Origin: Candidatus Woesearchaeota archaeon
Lineage (GTDB): Archaea > Nanobdellota > Nanobdellia > Pacearchaeales > GW2011-AR1
Length of the DNA stretch: 38,743 nucleotides
Reading direction: 5' to 3'
NCBI GenBank assembly: GCA_964429545.1
Contig: CAYSCL010000002.1
Span: 1-38,743, forward strand
In this document: in pieces, positions 24,063 through 31,785 of the stretch
How the letters are laid out: each line of letters opens with the position of its first letter
Position numbering within the stretch: the stretch's first letter is position 1
Notes under the pieces: model-generated
Database searches by the model: none
What the model was told of the DNA's origin: nothing
Seen by the model: only the letters and a program-made list of their open reading frames with translations
Translations under genes and position numbers: made by a program

Positions 24063-24109
24063 GTTGTTACTACACAAGAGTACTATATAAAGTTTACGAA
24101 TTGATAAAT

Positions 24110-27100
24110 CTAACCAAACAACCCAACAAACCAATCCCAAATCCTTCTAAAAAATCCTTTTTTCTCCTCATCCAAATCTCCAACACCTAATCCCAAATCT
24201 CCATCTTCCACTTTTGCTTCTTCCTGAACAGCAGGAACCTTCTCATAAATCTCAGTAATAACTAAATCAGCAAAATTCCCAGTCGAACCAGAATAACCAA
24301 TTTCATAATCATAAAATCCATCCTGATCAATATCAATTTTCTCAGACTTTCCAAGTTCAACAATAACTTCACTAGAATCAAAACTCAAACTAACCTTCGA
24401 AGAATCAAACTCCCCAATCTTCAATTCCCTTTCCCCCAACTTCAAAACATGCCCCTTAGGAAATCCCCGATTAACAACTCCATTTGTAAAAATCAAATTA
24501 GTCGAACCCCCAGTCGAACCCCCAGTAGAAGCCTCAGGAAAATCAACAATTAAATTTCTCAAACTCCTAACCCATCCAAAACCATCCTGAACAAAAACCC
24601 CATAACGATAAGTCGCCTCAGCCAAATCACTAAACGACGTCGTAAAACTCCATGATGTCTCATTCAACTTCTCAAGATTTGACTTGTAAATGAATTCTAT
24701 CTCAGAATCAGACAATGAACGATTCCACATCATTAAGTCGTCAATATCTCCATTATAATTCTTTCCTAAAATAATATTTTCTAATGCAGTAGATAAAGTA
24801 AACCCAGGAGGATTAAAAGTTTCAGACAACTCCCCATTCACATAAATTTTTGCTTCCCTATCTTTGTAACTCAAAACAATATTATTATATTCAGAATCCA
24901 AATCAATTCCTCTAAATCCATTATTCACTAAAACATTTGAATTACCTTCAAAAGTAAAACCGATATCAAAAGAATTTGCATTTTTTCCAATTAACCTTCC
25001 CTTGTAAATATTTTTAGTAGGAATTTTTGAATTAAAATTAGAAAATGCCTGTTGTCCATATACGTTGTATCCCCATGAAACAACACGTCCATCAGTTAAA
25101 ACGCCAAAAATAAATGTGCCCCCGATATTAATAGAATTAAAAAGTTCATTAATTTTAACTAAATTTGGTATATATTTATTCACTTCCGTTCCATCTCCTA
25201 ATTGCCCATAAATATTATATCCCCAACAGAGTACAGTTCCATTTTGTAAAAGACCACAAGTATAAGCGATTCCCAAATCAATTATAGAAAAATTATAATT
25301 TCCATAGACAGGAGTTGGAATATGTTTTTCAGTTGTTGTGTTATCTCCCAGCTGTCCAACAGCATTAGCTCCCCAACATAAAGCAGTTCCATTTTGTAAA
25401 AGGCCACAAGAATGTGTAGCTCCTAAAGAAAGATTTAAAAAACTATAATTTCCATAGACAGGAGTTGGAATTTCTTTTTGAATAATTGTATTATCTCCTA
25501 ATTTTCCAACCCCATTATTTCCCCAGCATAAAGCAGTTCCATTTTGCAAAAGACCACAAGAAAAACTAGTTCCAAGCTTAATTGTAGAAAAATTATAATT
25601 TCCATAAACTAGAGTTGGAATATGTTTTTCAGTTGTTGTGTTATCTCCTAATTGACCATTAATATTTTTCCCCCAACATAAAGCAGTTCCATTTTGTAAA
25701 AGACCACAAGTATGATATTTTCCAACAGCTAATTTGATAAAAATATAATCTCCATAAACAGATATTGGAATATGTCTTTCAGTTGTTGTATTATCTCCTA
25801 ATTGGCCATTTGTATTATCTCCCCAACACATAGCTGAACCATTTTGCAATAAACTACAAATATGATTTGAACCTAATTTAATTGAGGAAAAATTATAATT
25901 TCCATAAACATAAGTGGGAGTTAATTTATTTTCTGTAGTATTATCTCCTAATTGGCCATAAGTGTTATCTCCCCAACACATAGCTGAACCATTTTGTAAA
26001 AGACCACATGAAAAATATGCACCACAATAAATTGAAGAATAAGAATTTTCAGAAATATTTCCATAAGAAAATAAAATAGGTAATGAAAAAAAATCTGAAA
26101 TTTCCCCTTTTCCCAAAACCCCCCATCTTGTATTTCCCCAAGAAATTAATTCATCATTTTTTAAAATTGCTAAAGTGGAAGAATATCCTGTTGAAATAGA
26201 AGAAAAATTATAATCTCCATAAGAAAAAGTGGGCGCTTTTTTAATTTCAGTAGTCCCATCACCAATCTCTCCATAAAAATTATATCCCCAACCAACAACA
26301 GAACCATTTGTTAAAATGCCTAAATAACCCCAATAATAAGGAGACAAATCAGAATAAGTATAATTATGAGAAACATAAGCAGGAGTCCAATGATTAATTC
26401 CATCACCAGTTCCAAGACCTCCCAAATCATCTGTTGAACCACCACTCGCCTGACTCCCCCAACACATAGCAAGACCATTCTGCAATATCCCACAAACCTT
26501 TTCATTACCCGCAATTATTTTTGAAAAATTATGATTACCAGCAACAAAAGTAGGAATATATTTAGTTTCGTTTGTCCCGTCTCCAACTTGCCCATTCTCA
26601 TTTCTTCCCCAACATAAAGCTGTTCCATTAACCAATAATCCACATTGTTCAGCATCTCCCGTACTCAAAGAAGAAAAATTATAACTTCCATAAACCGGGG
26701 TTGGAACATGTCTTTCAGTTGTAGTGTTATCTCCAACTTGTCCAATATCATTTCTTCCCCAACATAAAGCTGTTCCATTAACCAATAATCCACAAGTATT
26801 ATATCTTCCACAATAAAGATTAGAAAAATTATAATTGCCAGAAATAGGAACAGGAGAAGTCCTTTGAGTTGTTGTCCCGTCCCCTAACCTTCCATTTGCA
26901 TTATTTCCCCAACAATATCCTGTACCATTTTCTAAAAGACCACAAATATGAATACTATCAGAATAATCTTCACGACAAAAAGAATCAAATTCATAATTCT
27001 CCAAAGTTCTCTTAAAAATAGAACTAGAATCAGTTGTCCCCTCTCCAAACTGCCCATAATCATTATTCCCAACACAATAAATTTCTCCAGATTCAAGAAT

Positions 27101-27589
27101 CATACAAGCTGTATATCCAAAAACAGAAATTTCTTTTGGAATTTTTTTCTCCCCCTTCTTAACCCACAAACTAATCGTAAACTCATCAACATTAAAATCT
27201 TCATGTGCAGAAATATTAATTCCTTCACCTTCACTAAAACTATAAGCACCATTATACTTCCCAGAACTAACAGCAGAAGCACCTCCCAAAACCGAACCAT
27301 TGTGACCATAACGACTCAAATCCCGAACCAAAGAATCACTTTCACCCAAATCAGAATTATTATTAAAATCCATCATCAAAATCAAATCCTCGTCATAAAC
27401 ACTATAATTAGAAGCGCCCCAATTAAAAACAAAATCCAACAATCCAGTCACATTAAAAAAATTCAAACTCACTCCAACCGAATCACTCTCAGTAGAACCC
27501 GAAGGAGAATTAAAACTAAACGAAACAGCCCCAACAAAAAACAAACTAAACACTAACAACAAACCAATAAAAACTCCTCTCTTTTTCAT
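24110..27589 (-). CDS. large secreted surface protein: 14 RCC1-like beta-propeller repeats flanked by LamG (concanavalin-like) segments, 1159 aa
   Basis: Signal peptide/anchor MKKRGVFIGLLLVFSLFFVGAVS. There are 14 copies of the C[WV]G-N--GQLGD-T repeat at about 50-aa spacing. LamG-type motifs occur before (DEFTISLWVK) and after (AKIYVNGEL ... GDIDDLMMWNRSLSDSEIEFIY) the repeats. N-x-S/T sequons are dense. The track start 27634 is GTG. ATG 27589 sits 26 nt downstream of a TATA box. Confidence 0.8.
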   Translation of the reverse strand: MKKRGVFIGLLLVFSLFFVGAVSFSFNSPSGSTESDSVGVSLNFFNVTGLLDFVFNWGASNYSVYDEDLILMMDFNNNSDLGESDSLVRDLSRYGHNGSVLGGASAVSSGKYNGAYSFSEGEGINISAHEDFNVDEFTISLWVKKGEKKIPKEISVFGYTACMILESGEIYCVGNNDYGQFGEGTTDSSSIFKRTLENYEFDSFCREDYSDSIHICGLLENGTGYCWGNNANGRLGDGTTTQRTSPVPISGNYNFSNLYCGRYNTCGLLVNGTALCWGRNDIGQVGDNTTTERHVPTPVYGSYNFSSLSTGDAEQCGLLVNGTALCWGRNENGQVGDGTNETKYIPTFVAGNHNFSKIIAGNEKVCGILQNGLAMCWGSQASGGSTDDLGGLGTGDGINHWTPAYVSHNYTYSDLSPYYWGYLGILTNGSVVGWGYNFYGEIGDGTTEIKKAPTFSYGDYNFSSISTGYSSTLAILKNDELISWGNTRWGVLGKGEISDFFSLPILFSYGNISENSYSSIYCGAYFSCGLLQNGSAMCWGDNTYGQLGDNTTENKLTPTYVYGNYNFSSIKLGSNHICSLLQNGSAMCWGDNTNGQLGDNTTTERHIPISVYGDYIFIKLAVGKYHTCGLLQNGTALCWGKNINGQLGDNTTTEKHIPTLVYGNYNFSTIKLGTSFSCGLLQNGTALCWGNNGVGKLGDNTIIQKEIPTPVYGNYSFLNLSLGATHSCGLLQNGTALCWGANAVGQLGDNTTTEKHIPTPVYGNYNFSIIDLGIAYTCGLLQNGTVLCWGYNIYGQLGDGTEVNKYIPNLVKINELFNSINIGGTFIFGVLTDGRVVSWGYNVYGQQAFSNFNSKIPTKNIYKGRLIGKNANSFDIGFTFEGNSNVLVNNGFRGIDLDSEYNNIVLSYKDREAKIYVNGELSETFNPPGFTLSTALENIILGKNYNGDIDDLMMWNRSLSDSEIEFIYKSNLEKLNETSWSFTTSFSDLAEATYRYGVFVQDGFGWVRSLRNLIVDFPEASTGGSTGGSTNLIFTNGVVNRGFPKGHVLKLGERELKIGEFDSSKVSLSFDSSEVIVELGKSEKIDIDQDGFYDYEIGYSGSTGNFADLVITEIYEKVPAVQEEAKVEDGDLGLGVGDLDEEKKGFFRRIWDWFVGLFG

Positions 27590-27610
27590 AAAAGAATTTG
27601 GTAAGATACT

Positions 27611-27620
27611 CTTATAAACT
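27611..27620 (-). promoter_or_regulatory. TATA box for the RCC1/LamG gene (agtttataag on the minus strand)
   Basis: It lies 26 nt upstream of ATG 27589. Confidence 0.4.
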
Positions 27621-27642
27621 TTTTCCAACTTCACAGATTAAT

Positions 27643-27652
27643 CTTATAAAAT
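27643..27652 (+). promoter_or_regulatory. TATA box for polB (cttataaaat)
   Basis: It lies about 24 nt upstream of ATG 27672. Confidence 0.45.
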
Positions 27653-27671
27653 CCCCTTCCTTAATACCAAC

Positions 27672-30158
27672 ATGCAAACAAAATTTATTCCTTTAGATTA
27701 CGATTATTTTGATTTTGAAGGTAAAAACTACATAAAAATATATGGCAGAAATGAAGAAGGAAAAAACATATGCCTCATAGATTCATTCAATCCCTATTTC
27801 TGGGCAATATTAAAAGATAAACTTTCAATAAAAAAAATAACAGAACTAATAGAATATACAAAATCAATTGAATTAGATGTAAAAGGAAGAAAAACCAAGG
27901 TAGAAAAAGTTGAATTAAAAGATAAAAATTTCTTAGGAAAAAAAGTAAAAGCACTAAAAATATGGGGAACAAACTATAAAGATTTACACGACATCGCAGA
28001 CAAACTAGGAATGGATGAAATAGAAAAAAGAAGAGGCTATGATTTAGGCCTAATTACAAGTTACATCATGGAAAGAAAACTTAACCCTCTGACATGGTAC
28101 AAAATTGAAGGAGAGGTCCTTCACCAATCAAATGAATTCGGAGGAATAGATAATGTTCTTGAAACAGATTTTGTAATAAAATTAGAAAATAAAAAAGAAA
28201 TTGAAAAACAACCAGAATATGAACCAAGAGTTTTGGCCTATGACATAGAAACAGACGCATTAAAACCCGAAGAAGGAGAAATTTTAATGGTCTCCCTAAG
28301 GGGTAAAAATTTCAAAAAAGTAATCTCTTGGAAAAAAACAAAAACAGAAAAAAAATATGTTGAATTTGTAAAAAATGAAAAAGAATTAATAAAAAAATTT
28401 ACAGAACTTGTGAAAGAATATTCTCCTGATTTTTTAGTAGGATATAATTCAGATTATTTCGATTTACCTTTCTTAAAATATAGAGCAAAAAAAGTGAGAA
28501 CAAAATTTCCTTTAGGAAAAGATGGTTCTGATCCAAAAATTTCAAGAGGGGCCTCAAGCGTAGGAAAAATATCCGGAATTGCACATATTGATTTATTAAA
28601 ATTCATAAAAACTGCATACGCACAATACATGAAATCAGAAACCCTCTCCCTTAACGAAGTTTCAAAAGAATTCTTAGAAGATACAAAGAAAGATTTCAAA
28701 ATACAACATTCTTCAAAACTAGAAGAAGGTCATTGGGATGATTATTATGAATATAACTTACACGATTCTACTTTAACCCTACAATTATTTGAAAAATTTT
28801 GGCCGGACATGTTAGAATTCTCAAGGATTATCAAAGAACCTGTTTTTGACATATCAAGAAATGGTTTATCAAAACAAATAGAATCATATCTATTACATAA
28901 TCTGGAAAAATACGAAGAAATTCCCGAAAAAAGACCTGGCCACAATGAAATAGAAGCAAGAAAAACAAGAGGAGGAGTGGAAGGAGCATTCGTTTACGAG
29001 CCTAAACCAGGATTATATGAAAATCTTGTAATGTTCGATTTCACTTCAATGCATACTTCAATAATAATATCCCACAACATCTCAAAAGGAACACTTATTC
29101 CCAACTCCCAATCTCTATCTCCCAAATCCTACTTCAAATCTCCCGAAATGGAAATCAATGGAAAAAAACAAAAATTCTTTTTTGAAAAAAAGCCAGGATT
29201 CTTTCCATTATTACTACAAGAAATATTTGACAAAAGAAAACATTACAAAAAAGAATACAAAAAAAATCCCAATCCAATAACTCTTGCAAGAAGCAATGCA
29301 TTCAAAGTTCTTTCAGCATCAGCACATGGTTATGTAGGATTTTTTGGAGCAAGATATTATTCCTGGGAAGCCTCCTCATCAATTTTAGCATTTGTTAGAA
29401 AATACAACAAAGAAACAATTAAAAAAATAATCAAAGCTGGCCATGAAGTAATTTATGGGGACACAGATTCAGTTGCATTTACAAGAAAAAATAAAACAAA
29501 AAAGGAAATAAAAGAATTACTAAAGAAATTAAATGATAATCTTCCAGGAGTAATGCATTTAGAACTAGAAGATTTCTTCAAAAGAGGTATCTGGGTCACA
29601 ACTCGTTCAGGTGAAACTGGAGCAAAAAAGAAATATGCTTTGATAGATGAAGATGGAGAAATAAAAATCAGAGGATTTGAAACTGTAAGAAGAGATTGGT
29701 GTCAATTGGCAAGAAAAACACAAGACAAAGTTTTAAGATTAATACTAAAAGAAGGAAACGAAACAAAAGCACTTGAATATATAAAAACAATAATTAAAAA
29801 ATTAAAAGAAAGAGAAATAGACCAAGAACAACTCCTAATAAAATCCCAATTAAAAAAACCAATTCATGAATACAAAGCAATTTCTCCACATGTTGTAGCA
29901 GCAAAAAAGATGAAAGAAAAAGGTTTGCCAATGGGAATAGGCTCCTTAATAGAATTCTACATTGCAGAAGACAACGGCAAATCAAAACTTGTTAGAGATA
30001 AAACAAAACTCGCCAGTGAAAAAGGAGAATACAACATAAAATATTATTTAGAAAAACAAATACTTCCTTCAGTCGAACAAATCTTCAATGTCTTCGGACT
30101 AAAAATAAAAGAAATTATTGATGGAAAGAAGCAAGATAAATTAAGCAAATGGTTTTAA
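27672..30158 (+). CDS. polB: family-B DNA polymerase
   Basis: Exo I YDIETD, Exo II NSDYFDLPFL, Exo III YNLHD, motif C YGDTDS, KKKYA, and a C-terminal PIP box QDKLSKWF. Motifs A (DFTSMHTSII) and B (KVLSASAHGY) are non-canonical. Confidence 0.9.
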   Translation: MQTKFIPLDYDYFDFEGKNYIKIYGRNEEGKNICLIDSFNPYFWAILKDKLSIKKITELIEYTKSIELDVKGRKTKVEKVELKDKNFLGKKVKALKIWGTNYKDLHDIADKLGMDEIEKRRGYDLGLITSYIMERKLNPLTWYKIEGEVLHQSNEFGGIDNVLETDFVIKLENKKEIEKQPEYEPRVLAYDIETDALKPEEGEILMVSLRGKNFKKVISWKKTKTEKKYVEFVKNEKELIKKFTELVKEYSPDFLVGYNSDYFDLPFLKYRAKKVRTKFPLGKDGSDPKISRGASSVGKISGIAHIDLLKFIKTAYAQYMKSETLSLNEVSKEFLEDTKKDFKIQHSSKLEEGHWDDYYEYNLHDSTLTLQLFEKFWPDMLEFSRIIKEPVFDISRNGLSKQIESYLLHNLEKYEEIPEKRPGHNEIEARKTRGGVEGAFVYEPKPGLYENLVMFDFTSMHTSIIISHNISKGTLIPNSQSLSPKSYFKSPEMEINGKKQKFFFEKKPGFFPLLLQEIFDKRKHYKKEYKKNPNPITLARSNAFKVLSASAHGYVGFFGARYYSWEASSSILAFVRKYNKETIKKIIKAGHEVIYGDTDSVAFTRKNKTKKEIKELLKKLNDNLPGVMHLELEDFFKRGIWVTTRSGETGAKKKYALIDEDGEIKIRGFETVRRDWCQLARKTQDKVLRLILKEGNETKALEYIKTIIKKLKEREIDQEQLLIKSQLKKPIHEYKAISPHVVAAKKMKEKGLPMGIGSLIEFYIAEDNGKSKLVRDKTKLASEKGEYNIKYYLEKQILPSVEQIFNVFGLKIKEIIDGKKQDKLSKWF

Positions 30159-30195
30159 TAAAAACCCTTATAAAATAAATAAAACTATTCAAATT

Positions 30196-30402
30196 ATGAA
30201 AAAAAGAAAAATAAAAAAGAGTTGTGATACAAGTTCTTGTTCAGCCCCTTGGGGTGGAGCATATGGATTAGGATTCATTGGTGCAGCAATTTATTACATC
30301 GGAGCTTCAACGTCTTTCTGGATGGGAGTCTTAGGTGTCCTTAAAGCATTAATCTGGCCATTATTCCTTGTATTAGAAGTCTTGAAATTTATTGGTGCAT
30401 AA
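30196..30402 (+). CDS. small membrane protein (68 aa) with an N-terminal CxxxxC
   Basis: A basic N-terminus, CDTSSC, and two hydrophobic helices. A TATA box ccttataaaataaa sits about 24 nt upstream. Confidence 0.5.
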   Translation: MKKRKIKKSCDTSSCSAPWGGAYGLGFIGAAIYYIGASTSFWMGVLGVLKALIWPLFLVLEVLKFIGA

Positions 30403-30411
30403 AAATATAAA

Positions 30412-31035
30412 ATGAATAAAACAAAAGAATTATTTCACGAGTTAAAACATCATGCACCATTTACAATAACAGCAACAATCCTAGCAATAGGAATTGTGTT
30501 AATTTTAAAATTTATAATAAATAAAACATTCGATGAAGAAGCGTTTGAAATATTGCATCCATTACACGTAATTGCATCCGCAATTGTTTCGGCAGGAATA
30601 TTTTACAAATACAAACCCAAAATAATCCTTGCAATTTCAGTAGGAATTATTTCAGCAATTGTGATTGGAAGTTTAAGCGACATAATTTTTCCATTTCTTG
30701 GGGGGGCAATATTTGGGTTACATCCAAAATTCCACCTGCCAATAATTGAAGCGCCACTAATAATCATCAGTTCAGCAATAATTGGAAGCAGCATAGGAAT
30801 AATAACAAAAACAACAAAACTCCCACATTTATTTCATGTTGGATTATCAGTCTTTGCCAGCCTCTTTTACTTATTAGCCTTCTCACAAACACAATCAATA
30901 ATAGGATTTGCACTAGCAATAATAATTGTATTTCTGGCAGTAATAATTCCCTGTTGTGTTTCGGATATTCTTTTACCTTTCTTTTTCTTAGGAAAGAAAA
31001 TCAAACAATGTAATTGTCATAATCACAAATGTTAA
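30412..31035 (+). CDS. His-rich polytopic membrane protein with a Cys/His C-terminal tail (possible metal transporter)
   Basis: Repeated membrane-edge His pairs (HELKHH, HPLH, HPKFH, HLFH), the doublet CCVSD, and the terminal CNCHNHKC. No family recognised. Confidence 0.45.
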   Translation: MNKTKELFHELKHHAPFTITATILAIGIVLILKFIINKTFDEEAFEILHPLHVIASAIVSAGIFYKYKPKIILAISVGIISAIVIGSLSDIIFPFLGGAIFGLHPKFHLPIIEAPLIIISSAIIGSSIGIITKTTKLPHLFHVGLSVFASLFYLLAFSQTQSIIGFALAIIIVFLAVIIPCCVSDILLPFFFLGKKIKQCNCHNHKC

Positions 31036-31682
31036 ATCAAACCCAATTCTTTCTTTTTTTCTTTTGCAAAAATTAAAGCACCTTCATAGAAATTTTTACT
31101 CCCCTTAATATGGTGATTAAATTTTCCTTCCTTTCCCCACAATCCAAAATCATTAAATTTGAATCCCTTGTCTGAAGAATAAAAACAATTTTTATCCCAA
31201 TCAGCATCATGATACATATAATAACCTTCTTTCAACACAACTTCAAAAGCATAATTTTTAGCTTTTTCAAAAATTTTATATTCAGAAAATTCCAATTTTC
31301 TAGGATCCATATTAATTGCTAATTCATTGACAAAAGCTGGAACATAAAAATCCTTTGTTCCCTTTATTTTAACATCATAAACTCCCTCTGGTTTCATAGC
31401 CAAACCAAATCTATTCCATATATCTTTAGCAATTTTATTTTCATAAAAAAAACAATCTGAAAATTTATTAAGATTATAAATTTTTAAAGAACCTTCAAAT
31501 TTCTTAAAATTAGATGTTAACAATAAATAATTAAAATTTTTTATTTTTGGAAACTTCCCACAATAAACTTCTCCATTATCATCATGAACTTTGAATACAT
31601 CACTGAAAAAAGCATCACTACTTTTGCTAACTAAATCTTTAGGATTCAATAAATCCACAGTAAACTTCTTTTCCAATTTCAT
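31032..31682 (-). CDS. mini protein-kinase-fold protein, paralog 1 (216 aa)
   Basis: It shares the hinge motif FYVPAFVNE with 38162..38698 (FVPGFVNE). It has a catalytic-loop-like YHDADWDKN and a DFG motif (FKFNDFGLW). ATG 31682 is 25 nt downstream of a TATA box (31701-31713). Confidence 0.45.
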   Translation of the reverse strand: MKLEKKFTVDLLNPKDLVSKSSDAFFSDVFKVHDDNGEVYCGKFPKIKNFNYLLLTSNFKKFEGSLKIYNLNKFSDCFFYENKIAKDIWNRFGLAMKPEGVYDVKIKGTKDFYVPAFVNELAINMDPRKLEFSEYKIFEKAKNYAFEVVLKEGYYMYHDADWDKNCFYSSDKGFKFNDFGLWGKEGKFNHHIKGSKNFYEGALIFAKEKKKELGLI

Positions 31683-31785
31683 AAAAAAATAATTTGAAAA
31701 CACTATAAAAAACTTTCTAATATGTCACCATTTCACAGAAACAACAAATAGTAAATTATTTAAACCAAAATTACAATAATTGAGT

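Noticed and set aside
26948-27556. A 202-aa plus-strand ORF, and similar antisense ORFs (e.g. 2741..3046, 14477..14983, 20095..20439, 31760..32221, 33014..33409, 37341..37697)
   Set aside because: They lie entirely antisense to or inside genes with strong family signatures. Their translations are low-complexity (Ile/Asn/Phe/Leu/Ser-rich), as expected for shadow frames in AT-rich DNA, and they lack promoter boxes.
27672-30158. An intein or split in polB
   Set aside because: The ORF is continuous. The spacing between Exo I-III and motifs A, B, and C is ordinary, and there are no intein block motifs or homing-endonuclease-like inserts. The only oddity is the insertion of about 10 aa after motif A, reported separately.
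31724-31738. A third copy of the rfcS upstream box (gtcaccatttcacag)
   Set aside because: It shares only a rearranged core (catttcac..cag) with the 19-nt boxes, which is too weak to call.
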